Shown: one piece after another, positions 51,550 through 60,253 of the stretch | Layout: each line of letters opens with the position of its first letter | How positions within the stretch are numbered: position 1 is the first letter of the stretch | Assembly (NCBI GenBank): GCA_016219375.1 | Contig: JACRNC010000016.1 | Span: 218,006-282,005 of the forward strand | Source of the DNA: Burkholderiales bacterium | Lineage (GTDB): Bacteria > Pseudomonadota > Gammaproteobacteria > Burkholderiales > Burkholderiaceae_C | DNA: 64,000 nucleotides | Direction of reading: 5' to 3' | Made by a program: the position numbers and the translations under genes | Notes under the pieces: model-generated | Database searches by the model: none | What the model was told of the DNA's origin: nothing | Seen by the model: the letters and a program-made list of their open reading frames with translations, nothing else

Positions 51550-53556
51550 CTAGAAGCCCAGCTCCCGCACCGCCACCAGCAGGGCGGGCTTGAGCGTGTG
51601 CAGCAGCCAGCTGCGAGGCTGGCCCTCGATCACCGCACGGCCGCGCAGGAGGCGAGGCGGGCCTGGGGGCGCATCCAGCCGGATGCGCAGCCGGTAGAGC
51701 GTGTCTCGCACCATGAGCGCCCGGTCTCCAGGCAGGACCGCGATGGGGCCGCCGTGACGGCTGGCCAGTACGGGGTGGGGCAGGGTGATCATGCGGCTCT
51801 GGTCCACCGCCACGACCTGGCCGTTCAGCGGCTGACCGCCGCCGTCGGGGAAGAAGCGCACCGCCGCGCCGGCCCGCAGGCGGGAGAGGTCGTCCTGGGT
51901 GACGAACACCTCGGCCTGCCAGCGCGAGCCGGAGACGACCACGGCCAGGGCCTGGCCCGGTGATACCCAGACCCCTGGCGCCAGGGCAGGGTCCAGGTCG
52001 AGCACCTGGCCATCGAAGGGAGCGGCCAGGACCAGGCGTGCCGCCTCGTCCTGCTGCGCGGCAGCTTCGGCCAGGTTCTGCGCCCACAGCCGCTGCAGCA
52101 CGTCGCGCTGGGCTTCGCCGTCCAGCGTGCCCGACAGGCCGCGGATGCGTGCAGCCAGGGCGTCGGCCGAGGTGGTCGCCAGTGCGGCCTTGTAGGCCAC
52201 CTCCGGCTGCTCCAGCGTGAAGACCGGCCGTCCGGCCCGCACCGGGCCCGCCTGCGGCAGGGCGACGATGCGCGCCGGCATGGGGCTGTAGAGCGTCTGC
52301 GCCTGCGCCGGACGTGCCCAGCCGGGGGCATGCACGCGCCAGGGCAGCGGCAGCAGGCCGATGGTGAGCAGCAGCGCCACCCCGGCCGCGGCGCCGCCCA
52401 GGCGCCGGCGGGGGATGGCCGCGCGCCGGGCCAGCCAGATGCGCAGCTCGCGCCACATCGGCAGCACGACGAACCAGGCGATCTCGACGATGAACAGCAG
52501 GATGCCCAGCAGCTTAAAGAAGAGCAGGTAGACGGCCACCGCGATGCCGACGAAGACCACCAGCCGGTAGAGCCAGGTGACCACCGCAAAGGCCACCAGC
52601 GCCCGGCGGCGGCCCCGGGGCAAGGGTTCGGGGTCAGGCTCGTCCCAGCCCAGCAGGCGACGGCGCAGGCTGGCGCGGGCCAGCGCGGCGGCCCGCTCGC
52701 GCAGATTGGGCTCGTCCAGCACGTCCGACAGGATGAAGTAGCCGTCGAAGCGAATGAACGGGCTGGCATTGAGCGCCAGCGTCATGACCCAGGCGGTGGT
52801 CGCCAGGAAGAACAGGCCCTGCCGCACGCTGCCTTCGGCGGTGAAGTTCCAGGCCAGCAGGGCCAGGCCGGCCAGGGCCAGCTCGGTGACGATGCCGGCC
52901 GAGGCGATGCGCAGCCGCTGGCGGTGGTCCGACAGCCGCCAGGACTCGCCGGTGTCGGTGTAGAGCATGGGCCACATCACGACGAAGGCCACGCCCATGT
53001 GCGCCACGCGCAGCCCGTAGCGGGTGGCGGTGACGGCATGGCCCAGCTCGTGCAGGCTCTTGGTGACGGCCAGCGCGGCCAGGTAGCCCAGCAGGCCGGC
53101 GGGGGTGAGGGTGTCGACGAAGCTGGCGGCAAAGGCGTCCCATTGCCGCGCCGTCAGCACGAGGCCCAGGAGCGTGAGCCCGGCCACCGTCACGGCCGTG
53201 GCCCGGGTGTAGACCCAGCCCAGCGCGGGGGCCAGCAGGCCCAGCCAGGCCGCCGGGCGCAGCAGCGGCACGCGGAAGAACAGGTAGTGGTGCAGCAGCC
53301 AGTGCATCACGCCGGGCCGCGCCTGGCGGTGGCGGGCCAGCAGCGCGCGGGTGTAGTCGGGGTGGCGCACGTCGAGCAGTTGGTGGTGCAGCAGGAAGGC
53401 GTAGAGCTCCTCCAGCTCGGCCTGCTCGGGCTGCAGCAGGGTCTCGGCCGCGGTGGCCTGCAGCAGCGCAGCGGGGTCGCCCAGGTGCCAGCGGCTGAGC
53501 AGCTCGAACTCCAGCCAGCCGATGCGGAAGAACTGGTTGGTGGCCGGGTCCTGCAC
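51550..53556 (-). CDS. site-2-protease (M50) membrane metalloprotease fused to a C-terminal HlyD-like adaptor domain. The 5-prime end probably extends toward 53646.
   Basis: HELGH in KSLHELGHAV and the second M50 motif LNASPFIRFDGYFILSD. The C-terminal roughly 270 aa has lipoyl-like and beta-barrel adaptor segments. The tracked start at 53556 is GTG. Confidence 0.75.
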   Translation of the reverse strand: MQDPATNQFFRIGWLEFELLSRWHLGDPAALLQATAAETLLQPEQAELEELYAFLLHHQLLDVRHPDYTRALLARHRQARPGVMHWLLHHYLFFRVPLLRPAAWLGLLAPALGWVYTRATAVTVAGLTLLGLVLTARQWDAFAASFVDTLTPAGLLGYLAALAVTKSLHELGHAVTATRYGLRVAHMGVAFVVMWPMLYTDTGESWRLSDHRQRLRIASAGIVTELALAGLALLAWNFTAEGSVRQGLFFLATTAWVMTLALNASPFIRFDGYFILSDVLDEPNLRERAAALARASLRRRLLGWDEPDPEPLPRGRRRALVAFAVVTWLYRLVVFVGIAVAVYLLFFKLLGILLFIVEIAWFVVLPMWRELRIWLARRAAIPRRRLGGAAAGVALLLTIGLLPLPWRVHAPGWARPAQAQTLYSPMPARIVALPQAGPVRAGRPVFTLEQPEVAYKAALATTSADALAARIRGLSGTLDGEAQRDVLQRLWAQNLAEAAAQQDEAARLVLAAPFDGQVLDLDPALAPGVWVSPGQALAVVVSGSRWQAEVFVTQDDLSRLRAGAAVRFFPDGGGQPLNGQVVAVDQSRMITLPHPVLASRHGGPIAVLPGDRALMVRDTLYRLRIRLDAPPGPPRLLRGRAVIEGQPRSWLLHTLKPALLVAVRELGF

Positions 53557-53646
53557 GACCCAGGCGGGCGAGCCGTCGCCATGCGGGGCCGCCGGATGCA
53601 GCTGCAGGTCGTCGCGCAGCGGCGGCGCCGGGCGCAGCGGCGGCGC

Positions 53647-54735
53647 TCACAGGCCCACCCACTGGCGCAGCGCGCCCAGCGGCCGGCGCAGCACCCAGTA
53701 GAGGAAGGGCCGCCAGTCGCCGTAGACCTTGGCCACGCCGCGCAGGCCGATGTGCGCCTGCTCGCCCGGCAGCAGCCGGCCGCGCACGCGGTAGGACGCG
53801 ACCTCGTCGGGCGACAGCGTGGCCTGGTAGCTGGTCTCCACCAGCTGCGCCGACAGCGCATCCAGCGGCGCCACCTGCAGGTACACGCGCATGGGCGCGC
53901 CGCGCTCCAGCGCGATGGCGTCGCCCACCGGCACCCAGACCAGCACGCCCAGGTCATCGGGGCGGGCCAGCTGGGCGATGCGCTCGCCGGTGACCACCGG
54001 CTTGCCGATCCAGTCGTTGGGGTCGCCGAAGACGAAGACGCCGTCGTGCGCGGCGCGCACCTCGATGCGGCCGAGCAGCTCGTCCAGGTAGGCGACCTCG
54101 GCCTCCTTCTCGCGCACGCGGCCCTGCAGCGTGGCCACGCCGCCCTTGGCCTGGGCATCGTCGAAGGCCTTCTGGCTGGCGGCCAGGGCGTCGGCCCGCG
54201 CCGCCTCCAGCGCCTGCACCGCCACCTCGCGGCGGTTGCGCAGCGTGGTGTCGTCCAGCGAGAAGAGCTTCTGCCCGGCCTTGACCGGCTGGTTGGGCTG
54301 CACGTGGAAGGCCTTGATGACGCCGTCGGTGGGCGCGGCAACGGCCTGGGCCTCCAGGGCGACGATTTCGGCCGGAGCGATCACCGACAGGCGCACCGGG
54401 ATCAGCGTGGCAAGCGCCGCGGCCAGCACCAGGCCACGCAGCCAGCGCCGCCGGCGCGGGTCGTCTGCCAGGCGGGGCAGCAGCCGGCGGCGGCGCGCCT
54501 GCAGCGCCTGCAGGCAAAAGGCGTAATGGCCGTGCAGCACGGCCAGCAGCGCGCGCTCGGCATCCTGGAAAGGCTCGTCGCGCACGTAGAAGACACCGCC
54601 GAGGCTCTGGCCGTCCGGTGCCGTCAGCGGCAGCCACAGCGCATGCTGCGGCCACCACTCGGCCCAGCCGGCGCGCAGCGGCCCGGGCAGGTCGGCGGCG
54701 GTCAGCGCCCGGCCGCCGTCCGGCGCGGGCGGCAT
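53647..54735 (-). CDS. HlyD-family periplasmic adaptor protein (5-prime boundary uncertain: ATG 54735 or GTG 54837)
   Basis: TM WLRGLVLAAALATLIPV, lipoyl-like GVIKAFHVQPNQPVKAGQKLFSLDD, coiled coil, beta-barrel C-terminus. The frame is open upstream into the adhesin remnant. Confidence 0.6.
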   Translation of the reverse strand: MPPAPDGGRALTAADLPGPLRAGWAEWWPQHALWLPLTAPDGQSLGGVFYVRDEPFQDAERALLAVLHGHYAFCLQALQARRRRLLPRLADDPRRRRWLRGLVLAAALATLIPVRLSVIAPAEIVALEAQAVAAPTDGVIKAFHVQPNQPVKAGQKLFSLDDTTLRNRREVAVQALEAARADALAASQKAFDDAQAKGGVATLQGRVREKEAEVAYLDELLGRIEVRAAHDGVFVFGDPNDWIGKPVVTGERIAQLARPDDLGVLVWVPVGDAIALERGAPMRVYLQVAPLDALSAQLVETSYQATLSPDEVASYRVRGRLLPGEQAHIGLRGVAKVYGDWRPFLYWVLRRPLGALRQWVGL

Positions 54736-54837
54736 GCCGTCGGGCAGGGGATGGAGCGATGGCAGGGCCCGCTGCACCTGGGCCAGCCACAGCGTGTAGG
54801 GCGTGTCCTCGGCGGTGCTGGCCAGGCCGCCGAGCAC

Positions 54838-57283
54838 CTTGTCGGCGATCTGCTGGTCCACCACCACCGTGCCGTCGGCACGGATGATCGTCAGCCAGGT
54901 GCTGCCGGCCACATAGGTACCGATGTCCGACGCGGTGGCCCCGGCCGGCACCACCAGCGCGTCCTTGATGTTGATGTTGAACAGGTCGATGACCGCGCGG
55001 TTGGTCACCGAGATGGTGAACTCGATCTGCTCGCCCAGCTCCACCTGCGTGTCGTCGTCGCTGGCCGATGCCCCGTAGGTCACGCGCGAGGCCTCGGTGG
55101 AGACCTTGCTGAAGACGTAGTCCGGGAAGGGCAGCACCGTGGTGCCCAGGTCCAGGTAGGGATTGCCGGCCCCGGCGATGGACGGATCCTCGCCCCAGGC
55201 GGCGGTGATCAGCGTGCCGTCGGTGTGTAGACGGTCAGGCCGCTCTGGTCGTTGTCGCTGTCGAAGACGCGGTAGGACTCCAGCTCGGTGATGTCGTACT
55301 GGAAGGTGTTGGTGCTGCCCACGCGCGTGCCGGTGACGGTGGCTCCCTTGGAGTCCTTGACCGTCACGCCGGCGGCGTTGTCGATGTAGAGCGTGGTGTC
55401 GTCGGTGGCCGTCACCCACACCGGGCTGCCGTTGGCCGCGCCGGTGGTCGGGGTGTTGTTGTTGCCCGGGCCCCAGGCCACCACGAACTTGGTGGTCAGG
55501 TAGGTCTCGGGCACGAGCGAGTAGCTCCAGTCGTGCGTCGCGTTGCTGGTGGCGTCGGCGTCGATGACGCTGACGGCATAGAACTTGGCGCCGTTGGCGG
55601 TGTAGAAGTGCGCCGCCGATGCCGGCATCAGCACGTAGTTGGTGCCCTTGGCTGCCACCGTCACGCTCAGACCGGTCTGCGTGGCGGTGTCGTAGTAGAC
55701 GGTCAGCGGGTTGGACGCATCGGGGTTGTAGATCACCACATAGGCCGGGTCAGCCGACAGCGTCGTGCCCAGCGGGGCGTAGTAGCTGGAGGCCCACTGT
55801 TCGTCAGGCGTCAGCGAGAACCAGCGGTTCTCATAGGACGAGCCCACGTCGCCGGCGATCACGTAGACGCCGATGCCCTTGTCCGCCTCGATGCGCCCGC
55901 CGGCGTTCAGGCCGCCGTTGACGAGATAGGTGTCGCCCTCGTTGGCCAGCGTCACCGTGGTCTCGAAGGTGCCGTCGCCGTCCTTGTCGATGCGCACCGT
56001 GGTGTTGGCCGCGGTGGCGATGATGTGGGCCGAGGTGTACTCGAACAGCTTGTTGGTGCCGGTGGCCACCGTGGAGACGTTCTGGCCGATGGGCAGGGTG
56101 TAGACCTTGCCCGCATTGCCGGCGTCCACCACGGCCACCGCGCCGGCCAGCACCGTGCCCGGGCTGGCCGACCAGCCGGCCTTGGTCACGGCGATCGCCG
56201 TGGTCGAGCCGATCTTGTCGCGGCCGTCATAGTCCACCGTGGACGGGCTGGACGGGTTGACGCGTTGCGCAGCACGATGCTCTGGCCGGCGGTCAGCGTG
56301 TCCTCGCCCGCGTCGAAGCTGCCGTTGTTGTTCAGGTCCAGGTAGCCGTTGGACGCATCGTTGTCGCCCCAGACCTGGGTCGTGGCCTGCAGCGGGTTGT
56401 TGATGTCGGCCTCGTAGCCGTCCTCCCAGTGGTCGTAGATGACGACCGTGCCGTTGCTCGTCGCGCTGATGGCGATCACCGTCTCGATGTTGCCCGACAC
56501 GCCCGAGGCGATGGCCGACAGCGCCATCTTGATGTCCGGCTCCGGCAGCGGCACATAGTGGATCTGGGCCACGGCATAGGGCGCGGCCTGCTCCACCGCC
56601 ACGGCCTGGCCGTCCACCATCACCGTGCCCTGGTCGTCCTGCGCGCCGGCCGTCACGGCATTGGCCGCACCGGCGGTCAGCAGGCTGGCGAAGGCATGGC
56701 CCTCGTCGCCGGGCGTGTCGGCATCGCCATTGAGCCGGTTGTCCAGCGAGTGGCCGATTTCCTCCAGCAGCACCGCGCGCAGCGCCGCGGTGCTGGCCGT
56801 GGCCGCGTAGTCGGCGTTCAGGTAGATCACGGGCTGGCCGTCCGGCCCCTGGGCAGCGTAGCCCCCCAGCGCGCCCTGCATGTCGGCCGCGCTGCGCAGC
56901 TCGATGCGCACCGGCGCGGAGCCGTCCGCCCAGTCCTGCAGCGCCTGGGCCGCCTGCGCCCGCCAGGCCGCATCGGCCGCCGGCGCGTCGGCCGCCTGGA
57001 ACATCTGCACCAGCGTGTCCACCGCACCTTGCTGAGCGGCAACGCCTTGCACCAGCTCCTGCGCCTCGGACAGGGCGGTGACCACCGGCGCAGGCAGCGC
57101 CAGGTCGGCCGGGCCCTGGGGCACCGCACTGGCCGCATCAGCCGCGGCACCGGCCGCCGCGTCGGCTGCAGCCAGGTCGTGCACGACGTCCACCGCTGCT
57201 GCGCCGTCGAACAGGATGCGCGGCTCCAGCTCCAGCAGACGCAGACGGGACGCCCGATGGGCAGCAGCATGGGGAGGCTTCAT
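54838..57283 (-). pseudogene. LEPR-XLL-type large surface/adhesin-like protein gene, disrupted by two frameshifts and truncated within a DUF11-like repeat
   Basis: ATG 57283 gives MKPPHAAAHRASRLRLLELEPRILFDGAA (LEPR-XLL N-terminus). The protein-like sequence continues in a second frame from about 56261 (VNPSSPSTVDYDGRDKIG...) and in a third from about 55224 (TDGTLITAAWGEDPS...ELGEQIEFTISVTNRAVIDLFNINIKDAL). Confidence 0.6.
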
Positions 57284-57552
57284 GGAGGCGATCCGCAGAC
57301 GGGTTGAAGAGCTTTGCGCAACCCCGCATTAGAACGGCGGCAACCCTTTTTCAGGCGGGGAATAGCGCAATCGGCTGGATCTTGATCGGGACAAGCCCCC
57401 TGTAATTGAGATCTGTCTCACGAAAACAGGGCTGTTCCGACATGCGGGCGGCTCACCGGGGCACCGGGTGGCAGGCACGCGCTTGTGCGCGGCGGCGTGG
57501 TTCGGCATCGTCCTTGCAACGCGCCGGCGGGTGCGCGGCAAAGGAGATCGGC

Positions 57553-58791
57553 ATGGCGGCGATCACACAGGTCATCGAGCGGCGGCTGCAGGGCCTGCCG
57601 CGATCCGTGGTGCTGGAGTGGCCGGGCGGGCGGGCCGGGCGGGGCGGCGACGTGGCGCTGCGCTTTCGCCAGTCGCGCGGGCTGCTGGACTTGGCGCGCG
57701 GCGAGGTCGGCGCCCTGGCCGATGCCTATGTGCGCGGCGAGGTGGACATCGACGGCAGCATGCGCGACGTGATGACCGTGGTGGCCCAGCTCACGCGCCA
57801 GCCGGTGGACGACCGCCCGCCCATGCCCTGGACGCGTGCATGGCGCCACCTGCGCTCCAGGCTGGCGCACCGGCTGCACCGCGATGCGCGGCAGATCAGC
57901 TTCCACTACGACGTCGGCGACGACTTCTACGCGCTCTGGCTGGACCCGCGCCGGGTCTACAGCTGCGCGTACTTTCGGGACGCTGACATGACGCTGGCCC
58001 AGGCGCAGGAGGCCAAGCTGGACCACATCTGCCGCAAGCTGGCGCTGCAGCCCGGGCAGCGCCTGCTGGACGTGGGCTGCGGCTGGGGCGGGCTGCTGTT
58101 GTGGGCCGCCGAGCACTACGGCGTGCAGGCCACCGGCATCACGCTGTCGCGCAACCAGCATGCGCACGTGGCGCGGCTGATCGACGAGCGCGGCCTGTAC
58201 GGCCGGGTGCAGGTGCGGCTGATGGACTACCGCGAGCTGCCGGACGGGCCGTTCGACCGCGTGGCCTCGGTCGGCATGTTCGAGCACGTGGGCCGCGCGC
58301 AGCTCAGCGCCTATTTCGACAGGCTGCGCGGCCTGGTCGTGCCCGGCGGCCTGGTGATGAACCACGGCATCACCGCCGGCGGCCTGCACAACGCCGAGCT
58401 GGGCGCGGGCATGGGCGGCTTCATCGAGAAGTACATCTTCCCCGGCGGCGAGCTGACCCACGTGGCCCACGTCGCCCGCCATCTGGCCGAGGGCGGCCTG
58501 GAGCTGCTGGATGCCGAGAACCTGCGCCCCCACTACGCCCGCACGCTGTGGGCCTGGTCCGACAGCCTGGAAGCCCGGCTGGCCGAGGCCCGGCGGGTGG
58601 CCAGCGAGCAGACGGTGCGCGCCTATCGGCTCTATCTGGCCGGCTGCGCGATGGCCTTCGAGCAGGGCTGGATCGCCCTCTATCAGCTGCTGGCCGCACG
58701 CCCGAGCGGCCGGGTGGGCGAGCCGGGCGAGGCGCTGCGCGGGGCGCAGAGCGACTATCCCTTCAACCGCGGCTACATGTACCCGGCTTGA
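57553..58791 (+). CDS. cfa: cyclopropane-fatty-acyl-phospholipid synthase-family SAM methyltransferase
   Basis: AAGGAG RBS then ATG 57553. HYDVGDDFYALWLD and the SAM motif LLDVGCGWGG. Confidence 0.85.
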   Translation: MAAITQVIERRLQGLPRSVVLEWPGGRAGRGGDVALRFRQSRGLLDLARGEVGALADAYVRGEVDIDGSMRDVMTVVAQLTRQPVDDRPPMPWTRAWRHLRSRLAHRLHRDARQISFHYDVGDDFYALWLDPRRVYSCAYFRDADMTLAQAQEAKLDHICRKLALQPGQRLLDVGCGWGGLLLWAAEHYGVQATGITLSRNQHAHVARLIDERGLYGRVQVRLMDYRELPDGPFDRVASVGMFEHVGRAQLSAYFDRLRGLVVPGGLVMNHGITAGGLHNAELGAGMGGFIEKYIFPGGELTHVAHVARHLAEGGLELLDAENLRPHYARTLWAWSDSLEARLAEARRVASEQTVRAYRLYLAGCAMAFEQGWIALYQLLAARPSGRVGEPGEALRGAQSDYPFNRGYMYPA

Positions 58792-58920
58792 GCGCCCGCC
58801 GCCTCAGGCCGCCTTCAATGCCGGCGCGGTTCGGCGTGGCGGTGGTGCGGGTGGCGGGTGGCTGAAGGCGGACGCCGGATGTGCGCAGGGTGAGTCCGCC
58901 GTGCGTGCGGCGTCGGGCGT

Positions 58921-59994
58921 TCAAGGCGTGATCGCCACCTTCAGCACGCCGTCGCGCTGGTGGCTGAAGAGCTCATACGCCGCCTCGATGTCGTCCAGCT
59001 TGAATCGGTGCGTCACCATGCTGCCCAGGTCCACCCGGCCGGCTTCGACCACGGACATCAGCCGGCGCATGCGCTCCTTGCCGCCCGGGCACAGGCTGGT
59101 GATGATGCGGTGGTCGCCCAGCCCGGCGGCGAACGGGCCCAGCGGGATGGTGAGGTCGGTGGAGTAGACGCCCAGGCTGGACAGCGTGCCGCCCGGGCGC
59201 AGCACGCGCAGGCTGGCCTCGAAGGTGGCCTGCGTGCCCAGCGCCTCGATGGCCACGTCCACGCCGCGCCCGCCGGTGATCTTCAGGATCTCGTCCACCG
59301 GGTCGACCTTGCTGAAGTCCACCACATGGTCCGCGCCCATGCGGCGGGCCATTTCCAGCCGCTCGGGCAGGCGGTCCACGCCGATCACGGTGCTGGCGCC
59401 GCTGAGCTTGGCGCCGGCCGTGGCGCACAGCCCGATCGGCCCTTGGGCGAAGACGGCCACCGTGTCGCCGATGCAGATGCCCGCGCTCTCGGCCCCGGCA
59501 AAGCCGGTGGACATGATGTCCGGGCACATCAGCACCTGCTCGTCGCTCAGGCCGTCGGGCACCGGGGCCAGGTTGGCCATCGCGTCGGGCACCAGCAGGT
59601 ATTCGGCCTGCGCGCCGTCGATGGTGTTGCCGAAGCGCCAGCCGCCGATGGCCTTCCAGCCGTGCGCCGTGCCCGCGCCGTCCTGCGAGCACTGGCCGCA
59701 CAGGCAGGCGTTGCTCCAGCCGCTGGGCGTGATGGCCCCGGCGATCACGCGCTGGCCCTCGCGGTAGCCCTTGACGGCCGAGCCCAGCTTCTCGATCACG
59801 CCCACCGGCTCATGGCCGATGGTCAGGCCGCGGGCCACCGGGTACTCGCCCTTGAGGATGTGCACGTCGGTGCCGCAGATGGTCGTCGTGGTGACACGGA
59901 TCAGCGCATCCAGCGGGCCCACGTCGGGCACGGGCTTGTCTTCCAGCACGATGCGGCCGGGCTCGACGAAGACGGCGGCTTTCATCTTGGGCAT
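58921..59994 (-). CDS. zinc-dependent NAD(P) alcohol dehydrogenase (MDR family)
   Basis: 357 aa. ICGTDVH, GHEPVGVIEKLG, the structural-zinc Cys cluster CLCGQCSQ and the GPIGL Rossmann motif. Confidence 0.85.
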   Translation of the reverse strand: MPKMKAAVFVEPGRIVLEDKPVPDVGPLDALIRVTTTTICGTDVHILKGEYPVARGLTIGHEPVGVIEKLGSAVKGYREGQRVIAGAITPSGWSNACLCGQCSQDGAGTAHGWKAIGGWRFGNTIDGAQAEYLLVPDAMANLAPVPDGLSDEQVLMCPDIMSTGFAGAESAGICIGDTVAVFAQGPIGLCATAGAKLSGASTVIGVDRLPERLEMARRMGADHVVDFSKVDPVDEILKITGGRGVDVAIEALGTQATFEASLRVLRPGGTLSSLGVYSTDLTIPLGPFAAGLGDHRIITSLCPGGKERMRRLMSVVEAGRVDLGSMVTHRFKLDDIEAAYELFSHQRDGVLKVAITP

Positions 59995-60123
59995 GGCGGG
60001 CTCCTTGAGGTGAATGTGTGATCACCGCAGTCTAGGAAGCGGCCGCGACCCTCTCAAGCACCCGGCTGCCCGGCTTGACGTGCCGCAAAGGGCCGGAGCT
60101 GCGGGCGGCGCGTTCATCGCGCT

Positions 60124-60253
60124 GTCACGACGCCACCGGCGTGCGCCTTGTCACATCACGCCGCGACCGGCGTGAGGGCCCTTGAACGTCACGCCACGAC
60201 CGGCGTGCGGGCCCGTGAACGTCACGCCGGCACCGGCGTGCCGAGGGACCGCA
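60124..60253. repeat. four tandem copies of a 31-33-bp hairpin unit. The last copy forms the 3-prime end of mfd.
   Basis: Units start at 60124, 60155, 60188 and 60221. Each holds a CACGCC-N6-GGCGTG inverted repeat (degenerate in the first unit: ACGCC-ACC-GGCGT), with consensus GTCACGCCNCGACCGGCGTGNGGGCCCNTGAAC. Confidence 0.75.

Noticed and set aside
53647-53649. TGA between the adaptor and the M50 protease read as selenocysteine
   Set aside because: I could not identify a convincing SECIS-like hairpin immediately downstream. Nothing in these families suggests a Sec residue, and there are no sel genes in the window. Readthrough or mutation is kept only as a hypothesis.
52330-55230. 966-aa plus-strand ORF antisense to the M50 and HlyD genes
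   Set aside because: Gln/Arg/Gly/Ala-rich with no motifs. The minus-strand frames carry the HELGH, lipoyl-like and TM features.
60124-60253. Possible CRISPR array, because of regularly spaced palindromic repeats
   Set aside because: The units are directly adjacent with no spacers. There are only four copies, the last one is the mfd coding end, and there are no cas genes.
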